A DNA stretch of 35,614 bases from an uncultured Candidatus Saccharibacteria bacterium (GTDB lineage: Bacteria; Patescibacteriota; Minisyncoccia; UBA6257; JAGGUH01): the NCBI GenBank assembly GCA_964572495.1, contig CAZNFF010000001.1, positions 1 to 35,614 of the forward strand, written 5' to 3'. Positions 14,803 to 23,423 of the stretch are shown piece by piece (the stretch's first letter is position 1; each line of letters begins with the position of its first letter). Both the position numbers and the translations under genes were made by a program. The notes beneath the pieces are model-generated. The model was given only the letters and a program-made list of their open reading frames with translations. It ran no database searches and was not told the DNA's origin.

Positions 14803-15876
14803 ATGATGGAAGAGAAAGAAATTGAAAAAAAAGAGGAAGAAAAAGAAAAGGAAGAGAAAAAATTTCCAAGAATTGTTTATCATACTTTAAATGAGGATCT
14901 TAAAGAATTTCAAGAAAGTGGAGGACAGCCTGATTTTGTCGCTGAAGGAAAACCAGCTGAAATAAAAGATCATATTGAAGAACCAAAAGAGGAAGAACCA
15001 ATTTTTGAAGTGCCTTCTAAAGAGCCAGAAGCAGAAATAATCTCACCACCCTCCTTGGAGAAAGAAGAGGAAAAAGAGGAAAAGAAAGAGAAAAAGGATT
15101 TTAGAAAAGTAAAAATTTTCCTTTCAATTTTTATTCCTAGCTTGATTGTTTTAGGAGCTTTAGCTGGTTATTTTATCTATAAGAAAAAAGAAAAAGAAAT
15201 TGCTCAAGTCCCACCGCCACCACCAGCTTCTGAAGAGCCTCAAACTCTTCCTGAGCCAAAGAAGCCACCTCAAAAAGAGCCTTATACTTCCCTTTTTCAA
15301 CCTTCTTTAAGCTTAAAATCAGAAAAAGAGCTTCCTTCTTTATCACCAATCTTTTTAAGATCAATCCTTGAAGAAGAAGCTTCAATTCCTGAAGAAGTTG
15401 GAAGTTTGAAAGAAATCATCATTTATTTCCAAAACAAACCTTTAAGTTTTTATGACTTTTTCCGAACCCTTCTTCCTGAAGTAGAAAGAGCCGAATCAAA
15501 TTCAAATCTTTCCTTAGAAGAAATTTTTGAAAAAGATTTAAGCATTGCCCTCTTCTATTCTCCAGCTTCGATTCAGCTTTCTTATCTTACCTTAATTAAA
15601 GAAGGAAAAGAAACTCAAGTCGAAAACTTCATTAAAACTTTAATTCAAGATCCAAATCTTAAGTTTTCTTTAGCTTCTTCTCATTTCTTTGTTAATCCTG
15701 GAAATCCAGTTTTTGAAAACTTTAAAGAAGGAAAAATTGGTCCTTGCAAAACCTTTTACCTTCCTTATGAAAATGCCCAACTTGCCCTCAATTTTGGTAT
15801 TTGCCAAAATTATTTCTTAGTCGCTTCTTCCAAAGCCAATGTCGAGGCGCTTTTAAACTTTCTTCCTTTAAAATGA
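14803..15876 (+). CDS. Hypothetical single-pass membrane protein (E/K-rich N-terminus, TM, Pro-rich linker, roughly 190-aa C-terminal domain of unknown family)
   Basis: Long ORF whose stop shares an ATGA overlap with the next gene. TM segment IFLSIFIPSLIVLGALAGYFIY, linker QVPPPPPASEEPQTLPEPKKPPQKEP. I recognise no motifs in the C-terminal domain. Confidence 0.6.
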   Translation: MMEEKEIEKKEEEKEKEEKKFPRIVYHTLNEDLKEFQESGGQPDFVAEGKPAEIKDHIEEPKEEEPIFEVPSKEPEAEIISPPSLEKEEEKEEKKEKKDFRKVKIFLSIFIPSLIVLGALAGYFIYKKKEKEIAQVPPPPPASEEPQTLPEPKKPPQKEPYTSLFQPSLSLKSEKELPSLSPIFLRSILEEEASIPEEVGSLKEIIIYFQNKPLSFYDFFRTLLPEVERAESNSNLSLEEIFEKDLSIALFYSPASIQLSYLTLIKEGKETQVENFIKTLIQDPNLKFSLASSHFFVNPGNPVFENFKEGKIGPCKTFYLPYENAQLALNFGICQNYFLVASSKANVEALLNFLPLK

Positions 15877-16205
15877 AAAAAAGTATTTTAAAAGATTTAG
15901 AAAAAAAACTTCTATTTGAAAAAGAGTTTTTAAAACAAGAAATTGAAAAGCTTGAAAAATTTCCCTCTTTTGGTGAAGGAAAGTTTTGTGATGAAAAGGA
16001 AGCTGATGAAGCCGAAGAATATTCAACTTATCTGGCTTTAAAAGATGTTTTTGAAAAAAGATTAAAGAAAGTAGAGGAAGCACTTCAAAGAATAAAACAA
16101 GGAAATTTTGGAATTTGCCAGAATTGTCAAAAAGAAATTGAAATTGAAAAACTTTTAGCTGATCCGACCACTTCTCTTTGTAAAAAATGCGCTCAAGGAA
16201 AATGA
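15873..16205 (+). CDS. DksA/TraR-family C4 zinc-finger protein
   Basis: Coiled-coil N-terminus, acidic stretch DEKEADEAEE, and a C4 finger CQNCQKEIEIEKLLADPTTSLCKKC. I chose the start at ATG 15873 because it forms an ATGA overlap with the upstream stop. The track's 15801 start would overlap the upstream gene by 76 nt. Confidence 0.75.
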   Translation: MKKSILKDLEKKLLFEKEFLKQEIEKLEKFPSFGEGKFCDEKEADEAEEYSTYLALKDVFEKRLKKVEEALQRIKQGNFGICQNCQKEIEIEKLLADPTTSLCKKCAQGK

Positions 16206-17119
16206 TTTCTATTTTTGGTCACAAAAATCCTGATACCGATGCTATTGTGGCTCCCATTGTTTGGGAAAGTTTTCTTAAAAGAAAAAAAATTAAAGCCAAA
16301 GCATTTCGACAAGGACCTTTAAATCAAGAAACCAAATTGGTTTTAAAATTTTTTAAAGTTAAAGAGCCTCCTTTAAAAACCAAAGTCAAGCCAAATGAAA
16401 AAATCATTCTTTTAGATCATAATCTTTACTCTCAGGCACCTGAGGGTGCTCAAGAAGCTGACTTAATTCAAGTAATCGATCATCATTTTATTGGCGATTT
16501 TCAAACCAAAAAACCAATTTATTATCGAGCTGAACCTTTAGGTTCTACTTCCACCATTATTGCCAAAATTTTCTTTGAAAATGGAATTTCCTTAAGAAAA
16601 AAAGAAGCTGGACTTCTTTTGGCTGGAATTATTTCTGATACCTTAAAATTTTCTTCTCCCACCACTACCCCTGAAGATAAAAAAATTGCTAAAAAACTTG
16701 AAAAGATTGCAGAGGTAAATATTGATGAGTTGGCTCAAAAGATGTTTGAAGCCAAATCTGAGATTAAAGGGCTTTCTTTAAAAGAAATCATTTTAAAAGA
16801 TTTTAAAGAATTTGAAACCAAAAAAGCAAAATTTGGGATTGGAGTTTGGGAGACGGTAATGCCTGACTCTTTAATTTCCAAAGCCAAGGATTTAAAAAAA
16901 GAAATTGAAATTTTAAGAGAAGAAAAAAGATTAGATTTTCTTTTCTTTGGCATTGTCGATATTATCAAAAAGAAAACTTTTTTCCTTTTAAGTGAAAAAG
17001 AAAAAGAAATTTTAAAAAAAGCTTTTTCTGGGAAAATAGAAAATGACTTTTTGGTTGCTCAGGGCATTGTTTCCCGAAAAAAACAAATGGTGCCAAAATT
17101 TTTAGAAATTTTAAGCTAA
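16202..17119 (+). CDS. ppaC: Family II (Mn-dependent, DHH/DHHA2) inorganic pyrophosphatase
   Basis: GHKNPDTDAIVAPIV, LLDHN, DHH motif VIDHH, GIISDTLKFSSPTTT. The length of about 305 aa fits. Start chosen at ATG 16202 (ATGA overlap with the preceding stop). Confidence 0.85.
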   Translation: MISIFGHKNPDTDAIVAPIVWESFLKRKKIKAKAFRQGPLNQETKLVLKFFKVKEPPLKTKVKPNEKIILLDHNLYSQAPEGAQEADLIQVIDHHFIGDFQTKKPIYYRAEPLGSTSTIIAKIFFENGISLRKKEAGLLLAGIISDTLKFSSPTTTPEDKKIAKKLEKIAEVNIDELAQKMFEAKSEIKGLSLKEIILKDFKEFETKKAKFGIGVWETVMPDSLISKAKDLKKEIEILREEKRLDFLFFGIVDIIKKKTFFLLSEKEKEILKKAFSGKIENDFLVAQGIVSRKKQMVPKFLEILS

Positions 17120-17120
17120 A

Positions 17121-18125
17121 ATGAAATACATTCTCAAAAAAATTCACGATTCCAAAGTAAAAATTAATGTCTCTCTTTCAAAAGAAGAGATGGATTTTTA
17201 TTTGAAAGAAGGAGAAAAAGAGCTTAAAAACCAAGCTCGTTTAAATCAAAGTCAAAGAAGAGAATTTAGCTTGGAAGAAATTGGAGAGGCAGCGATTAAA
17301 AAAGCTATCTTTGATAGCTTTTTAAAAATTGTAAAAGAAAAAAATCTTGATCTCATTGGAAAACCAAAAGCCAAAGTAAAAGAATTTACACCTGGCAGCT
17401 CTTTTAGTTATGAAATTGAAACCGAAATTATCCCTGAGATTCAACTTGGAGATTACAAAGAAATTGCCCACAAGATCTTTTCTCAAAAAAGAGAGATTGA
17501 GGTTTCTGAAAAAGAAGTTGAAGAGACTTTAGAATTTTTAAGAAATTCTCGAGCCAAAATAAAAAAATTAGAAAATGGAAAAGAAATTAAAGAAATTCCT
17601 CCTTTAAATGATGAGTTTGCCCAAAGCCTTGGAAACTTTTCTTCTTTAGAGGAGCTCAAAAGCTCAATTAGAGAGGGAATTTTTCAAGAAAAAGAAATCA
17701 AAGAAAGAGAAAGATTAAGAGAGCTTTTCATCGAAGAAATTTCAAAAAATTTAACTTTAACTTTGCCTGAAACCCTGGTTGTTTCTTTTACTCAAGAAAA
17801 TATTGATTATTTTAAAAACTTTTTGAAAGGTTTAGGTAAAGATTTTGAAACCTATCTTCAGGAAACTTCTCAAAGTGAGGCTGATTTTGAAGCTAAAATG
17901 AGAGAACTTGCTCAAATTCAAATTAAAAGAAGTTTGATTTTGTATCAAATTGCCAAAGAAGAAAATATTGAAGCTTCTGATGAAGAAGTTTTTCTTTTAG
18001 CTCAAAAAATTGCCAGCCAACAAGGTTTAGAAAAAATCAGTGAAGTTGACAGAAAAAGATTGCTTGATTATGCTAAAGAGAGAATTATTTTTGAGAAAGT
18101 GTTTCAATTTTTAGAAAGTCAATGA
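17121..18125 (+). CDS. tig: Trigger factor lacking the PPIase domain
   Basis: Position directly upstream of clpP. Collinear with the TF N-domain ([22 protein letters not shown] versus E. coli [21 protein letters not shown]) and C-domain ([12 protein letters not shown] versus LPELTAEFIKRFG). It is 334 aa against about 430. Confidence 0.75.
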   Translation: MKYILKKIHDSKVKINVSLSKEEMDFYLKEGEKELKNQARLNQSQRREFSLEEIGEAAIKKAIFDSFLKIVKEKNLDLIGKPKAKVKEFTPGSSFSYEIETEIIPEIQLGDYKEIAHKIFSQKREIEVSEKEVEETLEFLRNSRAKIKKLENGKEIKEIPPLNDEFAQSLGNFSSLEELKSSIREGIFQEKEIKERERLRELFIEEISKNLTLTLPETLVVSFTQENIDYFKNFLKGLGKDFETYLQETSQSEADFEAKMRELAQIQIKRSLILYQIAKEENIEASDEEVFLLAQKIASQQGLEKISEVDRKRLLDYAKERIIFEKVFQFLESQ

Positions 18126-18712
18126 ACCTAATTCCTTTTGTTATTGAAAGAACCCCATATGGAGAGAGATCTTATGATATTTATTCTCGACTTCTAAAAG
18201 AAAGAATCATTTTTTTAGGTGGTCCCATTACTGATCCGGTGGCAAATTCCATTGTGGCTCAACTTTTGTTTTTAGAAAGTCAAGATCCAAAAAAAGATAT
18301 CAAACTTTACATTAACTCTCCTGGAGGTTTGGTTTCGGCAACTTTAGCGATTTATGATACGATGCAATATGTCAAGCCTGATGTGGCAACCATTTGTATT
18401 GGAATGGCTGCTTCTGGAGCTGCGGTCCTTTTAGCTGCTGGAGCCAAAGGAAAAAGATTTGCTTTGCCCAATGCTGATATCATGCTTCATCAAACTCATG
18501 CCAGCGGCATTGGCGGACAAGCCACCGAAGTTGAAATTGCCGCCCGTCATATTATTGAACTTAAAAATCGAATCAACAAAATTTTAGCCAAACACACTGG
18601 TCAACCTTTAGAAAAAATCGAAAAAGATACTGATCGCGATTTTTATCTCAACGCTGAAGAAGCTAAAAAATACGGTTTGATTGATAAAATTATCACTTCA
18701 GCCAAAAAATGA
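18122..18712 (+). CDS. clpP: ATP-dependent Clp protease proteolytic subunit
   Basis: [20 protein letters not shown], catalytic Ser in [11 protein letters not shown], His in IMLHQ, Asp in DTDRDF. Confidence 0.95.
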   Translation: MNLIPFVIERTPYGERSYDIYSRLLKERIIFLGGPITDPVANSIVAQLLFLESQDPKKDIKLYINSPGGLVSATLAIYDTMQYVKPDVATICIGMAASGAAVLLAAGAKGKRFALPNADIMLHQTHASGIGGQATEVEIAARHIIELKNRINKILAKHTGQPLEKIEKDTDRDFYLNAEEAKKYGLIDKIITSAKK

Positions 18713-19350
18713 TTTATCAGAGCAATCAGGAAATGGTAAACTCCTTAGTTGAAGCTGGCTATCTTAAAAGCCCTCTTTTAATTGAAGCTTTTTTAAAAAT
18801 TGACCGAAAAGATTTTGTTCGAGAAGAAGACAAAAAAGTTGCCTATCTTAATGCCCCACTTCCAATTGGTTTTGGTCAAACCATCTCCCAGCCTTTAACT
18901 GTTGCTTTTATGCTTGAAAATCTCAAGCCCCAGCCCGGCGATTTCATTTTAGATATTGGATCAGGTTCAGGCTGGACTTCTTCTCTTTTAGCTTATTGTG
19001 TTAAACCAAAAGGAAAGGTTTTTGCGGTTGAAAGAATAAAAGAGCTTTGCGAGTTTGGTAAAAATAATGCTCAAAAGTATAATTTTGTTTCTTCAGGATT
19101 AATCGAGTTTTTTTGTCAGGATGGCTCCAAAGGTTTGCCCGAAATTGCTCAAAAAATTGATGGGTTTTCTAAAATTTTAGTTTCGGCTTCAGCTCCAAAA
19201 CTGCCACTTGAGTGGCTGGCTCAGCTTAAAGATAAAGGAAGAATTGTTGCTCCAATTCAATCTTCAATTGTTTTAGTAATCAAAGAAAATCACAAAATTT
19301 TGAAAAAAGAATTTCCAGGCTTTTCTTTTGTTCCTTTAATTTCTTCATGA
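18709..19350 (+). CDS. pcm: Protein-L-isoaspartate O-methyltransferase
   Basis: [17 protein letters not shown] and the SAM-binding LDIGSGSGW. Confidence 0.9.
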   Translation: MIYQSNQEMVNSLVEAGYLKSPLLIEAFLKIDRKDFVREEDKKVAYLNAPLPIGFGQTISQPLTVAFMLENLKPQPGDFILDIGSGSGWTSSLLAYCVKPKGKVFAVERIKELCEFGKNNAQKYNFVSSGLIEFFCQDGSKGLPEIAQKIDGFSKILVSASAPKLPLEWLAQLKDKGRIVAPIQSSIVLVIKENHKILKKEFPGFSFVPLISS

Positions 19351-20348
19351 TCTTTGAAGAAGAAAAAAATTTAGAAAAGGAAAAAAATATGGAAGATTTT
19401 GAAGAAGAAGTAATAAAAGACTTCTTTTTTCTTGATGAGGATTCAGAAAAAAAGAAAGAAGAAAAAGAGGAAAAGGAAATAGAGGAGCCGGAAAGAAAAA
19501 TTAAAGAAGCAGTTTTTTTAATTGAGGTTGACAAAATCAAACCCAATCCTTTTCAGCCAAGGAAAGTGGTTCATGATGATTCTTTATTTGAACTGGCTCA
19601 ATCAATTCGGAAATTTGGCATTCTCCAACCCTTGGTAGTTCAGAAAAAAGAGATTGTGAAGGAAGATGGCATTGAAGTTTATTATGAACTTATTGCCGGT
19701 CACCGGAGATTAGAAGCAGCCAAAATGATTGGACTTGAAAGAGTGCCAGCTTTGATAAAAGATTTAAATCAGAAAAAAGAACAACTTGAAATTGCTGTCA
19801 TTGAAAATCTTCAAAGAGAAAATTTATCTCCAATTGAAGTGGCTCGAGCCTTCGCTCGCTTGATTGATGAATTTGGCATGACCCAAAGAGAAATTGCTTT
19901 AAGAATTGGAAAAAGCCGCCAAGCCATTGCCAATGCTTTAAGATTGCTTCAGCTTCCTGAAGAAGCTCAAAAGGCATTAGAGGAGAAAAAAATTTCTGAA
20001 ACTCATGCCCGGATTTTGCTTTCTCTTGAAAATGAAGAGGACCAAAAATTTCTTTTAGAAAAAATTATCGAAGGCAATTTAACTACTCGCCAAGCTCAAC
20101 TTTTGGCTCAAAAATTAATCAAAAAAGAAGTTGAAAAGAAAGTTTTTCCTCAAATTAAAAAAGAAGAAAGAGCAATTTATCCTCAAAACAGCTTTTTAAA
20201 AGAAATTGAAAGACATCTTGAAGAAACTTTAGGCTGGAACGTATCGGTGCTTCCCAAAGGAAAAGAAGGTTGCCAAATAATTTTCAATTTTTCCTCCAAA
20301 GAAGATCTTAAAAGCTTTTTAAGAAGACTTTTTGAAAGAGAGCTTTAA
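19347..20348 (+). CDS. parB: ParB/Spo0J partition protein with an acidic N-terminal extension
   Basis: IKPNPFQPRK, LIAGHRRLEAAK, HTH MTQREIALRIGKSRQAIANALRLLQLP. About 60 aa of E/K-rich sequence precede the ParB box. Confidence 0.9.
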   Translation: MIFEEEKNLEKEKNMEDFEEEVIKDFFFLDEDSEKKKEEKEEKEIEEPERKIKEAVFLIEVDKIKPNPFQPRKVVHDDSLFELAQSIRKFGILQPLVVQKKEIVKEDGIEVYYELIAGHRRLEAAKMIGLERVPALIKDLNQKKEQLEIAVIENLQRENLSPIEVARAFARLIDEFGMTQREIALRIGKSRQAIANALRLLQLPEEAQKALEEKKISETHARILLSLENEEDQKFLLEKIIEGNLTTRQAQLLAQKLIKKEVEKKVFPQIKKEERAIYPQNSFLKEIERHLEETLGWNVSVLPKGKEGCQIIFNFSSKEDLKSFLRRLFEREL

Positions 20349-21554
20349 AAATTTTTTCTTTCCAATTTTAAGAACTAAACTTTCTTTTAAAGAAATCTCA
20401 AAAGTTTTAACTGGAATTTCAATTCTTTTATCTCCTTCTTTTTTAAGGATTTTTATTGCGCCCTGGGAAATTAATCTTTTAACTTCACTTCTTGAAGGAA
20501 GAATCTTTTTTTCCGCTAAAATTTTTGGAAGATTAACTTTTTTAGAAGAAAGCTCAATTTCTTCAATTTCTTTTGGCATCTCCCTTTTTTTGAAAACACT
20601 TTCAAACCAATCTTGGGCTTTTTGAGCCTTTTTTTCTCCCCAAATTTCTTTAACAATTTCAAAGGCAAGTTTTGCTTTCAAATTGCGAGGATGAATTTTT
20701 CCTTTTTTAAGCCCTTCCTCAAAATTTTTAATTTCCTTTTCTGAAAAATCAGTTAAAAGTCGGAAATATTTGATCATTAATTTATCAGGAAGGCTCATTA
20801 CTTTTCCATAAATTTCTCGTGGCTCTTCATAAATTCCAATGTAATTTCCATAGCTTTTTGACATTTTTCTTTTTCCATCCAGACCTTCAATTAAAGGCAT
20901 AGTGATCACAATTTGAGCTGGTTTTCCTTTAGCCTGCTGGAGAAATCTTCCAACCAGCATATTGAATTCCTGATCCGTTCCCCCAATTTCAATATCAGCT
21001 TCAGTAATTAGAGAGTCATAACCCTGAAGCAAAGGATACAAAAATTCATGAAGCTTGATTTCAATTTGATTTTTAAATCTCTCTTTAAAATCATCTCTTT
21101 CCAAAATTTGAGCCACTGAAAAATAAGAAGCAAGTTCAATTACTTCTTTAAGTTTCATTTTGAAAAACCATTGACTGTTAAAGAAAACTTTAGTTTTTTT
21201 AAGATCCAAAACTTTTCCAAGCTGATCTAAATAAGTTTTAGCATTTTCTTTTACCTCTTTTTCAGAAAGCTGAGGACGGGTTTTTTTTCTCCCTGAAGGA
21301 TCACCAATCTGAGCCGTAAAATCACCAATGATAATAATGATTTGGTGTCCAAGATCTTGAAACTGTTTTAATTTTCTTAAAATTACCAGATGCCCCAAAT
21401 GAAGATCTGGGGCACTTGGATCAGCCCCAAATTTAATTTTTAAAGGTCTTTTTTCTTTCTTTGATAAAAGAAGTTTTTCTTTAAGTCCATTTGAAGGAAT
21501 AATTTTTTCACAATTCCTTGATAAAATTTCTAATTCTTTTTCAATTTGTTTCAT
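20319..21554 (-). CDS. tyrS: Tyrosyl-tRNA synthetase
   Basis: HIGH-type HLGHLV, KMSKS, and a C-terminal S4-like domain (RSEVKRLISQGAIK). Confidence 0.95.
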   Translation of the reverse strand: MKQIEKELEILSRNCEKIIPSNGLKEKLLLSKKEKRPLKIKFGADPSAPDLHLGHLVILRKLKQFQDLGHQIIIIIGDFTAQIGDPSGRKKTRPQLSEKEVKENAKTYLDQLGKVLDLKKTKVFFNSQWFFKMKLKEVIELASYFSVAQILERDDFKERFKNQIEIKLHEFLYPLLQGYDSLITEADIEIGGTDQEFNMLVGRFLQQAKGKPAQIVITMPLIEGLDGKRKMSKSYGNYIGIYEEPREIYGKVMSLPDKLMIKYFRLLTDFSEKEIKNFEEGLKKGKIHPRNLKAKLAFEIVKEIWGEKKAQKAQDWFESVFKKREMPKEIEEIELSSKKVNLPKILAEKKILPSRSEVKRLISQGAIKILKKEGDKRIEIPVKTFEISLKESLVLKIGKKKFLKLSFKKSS

Positions 21555-21556
21555 TT

Positions 21557-22411
21557 TTAAAAGCTAAGAATAAAAGATTCAAGTAAAAAATGAGAGTTGA
21601 CCTTTTTTGAGCTAAAAAGAAAATAGGTTTTCAAAAGTTTTTTTAAAAGCTCCAAATTTTTTTTATCTTTTTTTTCTAAAAGTTCTTTTTCAAGCAAAAG
21701 AAAAAGCTCTTCAAAAAAAAGCGGCATTTTTTCTTCTTCAAGCTCTTCTAAAAATTCCAATTTTTCTTTTAAAGAGGAATTTAAAAAATGAAAAACTTTT
21801 TCTTTAAAACAAAAATATTTTTCCTTATTTTCTAAAATCTCTAAAGCTTTTTTTGGTGAGCCAAATGAAAAAGCCGCAATTTTTTTGATTTCTTCTTCCT
21901 CCAAATTTTTAAAATTTTCCTTTAAAAAAGCTTCAATTTCAGCTAAAGATAAAGGAAAAAAAGGAATCTTTATAAGTCTTGATAAAACCGTTTCTAAAAG
22001 CTTTCCAGGAAAAGAAGTGATTAAAATTAAATGAGAATTTTTTGGTGGCTCTTCTAAAATTTTTAAAAGAGCATTTTGGGCTTCAAAAGTTAAAAGCTCA
22101 GCTTCATCAATAATGCCAAATTTTTTTTGAGTTGAAGTTAAATTTAGAAAGTCAATTAAATTTTTTACTTTTTCAATTCCAATTGAATTTTTAAAAAACT
22201 GCCAAGGAAGATTAGTGTTTTTTTGAAAAACCCTTTCATTTCTTGAAATAATTAAAATTTCTTGAGGTAAAGTTAAGCTTTTGGCAAGTTCGATGGCAAA
22301 AGTGAATTTTCCAATTCCTTCTTTTCCAAAAAAAAGATAACTTGGAGAAAGAGAATTTTTTTCTTTTAAAGTATTAAAGTAGTTAAGTTGAACTTTATGA
22401 CCAAAAATCAT
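21557..22411 (-). CDS. holB: DNA polymerase III delta-prime subunit (clamp loader)
   Basis: YLFFGKEGIGKFTFA (degenerate P-loop), IIDEAELLTFEAQNALLKILEEPP, LSRL (SRC-like). It is 284 aa. Confidence 0.75.
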   Translation of the reverse strand: MIFGHKVQLNYFNTLKEKNSLSPSYLFFGKEGIGKFTFAIELAKSLTLPQEILIISRNERVFQKNTNLPWQFFKNSIGIEKVKNLIDFLNLTSTQKKFGIIDEAELLTFEAQNALLKILEEPPKNSHLILITSFPGKLLETVLSRLIKIPFFPLSLAEIEAFLKENFKNLEEEEIKKIAAFSFGSPKKALEILENKEKYFCFKEKVFHFLNSSLKEKLEFLEELEEEKMPLFFEELFLLLEKELLEKKDKKNLELLKKLLKTYFLFSSKKVNSHFLLESFILSF

Positions 22412-23421
22412 TTTTTGGAAAAAACAGTTCTCTTATAAAGATCAAGGTGTTCTAAAATAATTCCGGTTCCTTTGGCAACGCAAAAAAGAGGGGAGTCAGC
22501 TGGATAGACTGGCACGCCAACGATTTTTTCAATAAATCTTGCCATCCCCCTTAAAAGGGCTCCGCCACCAGTAAGAATAATTCCTCTTTCCATAATATCA
22601 GCAATCAGCTCTGGGGGGCTTTTTAAAAAAACTTGTTTTATTGCTGAAGCAATTTCTTGAAGCTGAGGAAAAAGCGCTTCGGCAACTTCATTGGAATCGA
22701 TAATAATTGATCGAGGCATTCCGGAAATAAGATCTCTTCCTTTTACTTTCATTTCCTTTTTTTCAACTTCAGGTTCAGGTAAAGCGGCGCCAATTTCAAT
22801 TTTAATTCTTTCAGCAGTTTGTTCTCCAATTGCCAAGTTATATTTTTTCTTAATATAATCAGCAATGGCTTGGTCAAATTTATTTCCCGCCACTCTTACT
22901 GAAGCAAAAGAAACAATTCCTCCAAGAGAGATAATGGCAATTTCACTGGTACCACCTCCAATGTTAACAATCATATTTCCTGAAGGAGAATTAATTGGCA
23001 CCCCAGCTCCAAGAGCCGCTAAGATTGGTTCTTTCACCACAAAAGCATTTTTAGCGCCACTTTCAAGTGCCGCTTTAATGACCGCTCTTTTTTCAGTTGA
23101 AGTAATTCCTGCTGGAACTGAAATAATGACATCAGGTTTGGTAAAATTCCAAAAAGGTAGGGCTTTGGAAATAAAATATTTTAACATTGCTTGGGTGACA
23201 TAATATTCAGCAATGACGCCATCTTTTAAAGGTTTTCTTACTTCAATTTCCCCAGGCGTTTTTCCAAGCATTTTTTTGGCAACCTTTCCCACAGCGATAA
23301 TTTTTTTAGTTGGAAGATCTACTGCCACAATTGAAGGTTCGTTGCAAACGATTCCCTTGTGAGGAACAAAAACCAACGTATTAGTGGTACCAAGATCAAT
23401 GCCAAGTTTTTTAGTGAACAT
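22408..23421 (-). CDS. mreB: Rod-shape-determining actin homologue MreB
   Basis: GIDLGTTNT, NIGGGTSEIAIISLGG, ILTGGGALLRG. Confidence 0.95.
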   Translation of the reverse strand: MFTKKLGIDLGTTNTLVFVPHKGIVCNEPSIVAVDLPTKKIIAVGKVAKKMLGKTPGEIEVRKPLKDGVIAEYYVTQAMLKYFISKALPFWNFTKPDVIISVPAGITSTEKRAVIKAALESGAKNAFVVKEPILAALGAGVPINSPSGNMIVNIGGGTSEIAIISLGGIVSFASVRVAGNKFDQAIADYIKKKYNLAIGEQTAERIKIEIGAALPEPEVEKKEMKVKGRDLISGMPRSIIIDSNEVAEALFPQLQEIASAIKQVFLKSPPELIADIMERGIILTGGGALLRGMARFIEKIVGVPVYPADSPLFCVAKGTGIILEHLDLYKRTVFSKK

Positions 23422-23423
23422 GA

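Noticed and set aside
15801-15872. Longer upstream starts offered by the ORF track: 15801 for the DksA-like gene, 16187 for ppaC and 35166 for tsaD.
   Set aside because: The extra N-terminal residues overlap the preceding gene or are unlike the family N-termini. Internal ATGs at 15873, 16202 and 35130 give canonical N-termini (MKKSILKDLE, MISIFGHKNPDTD, MKVLGIETSCDE). Two of the three also create the ATGA coupling seen elsewhere in the window.
19280-19546. An 88-aa Ser/Phe-rich minus-strand ORF spanning the pcm/parB junction.
   Set aside because: It is antisense to the E/K-rich N-terminal extension of parB, where GAA/AAG repeats read as TTC/CTT. This is a compositional artefact.
22865-23203. 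A 112-aa plus-strand ORF antisense to mreB.
   Set aside because: It is the mirror image of the most conserved part of mreB. Its relative GC-richness and length come from the constrained sense frame. There is no independent start context and no motif.
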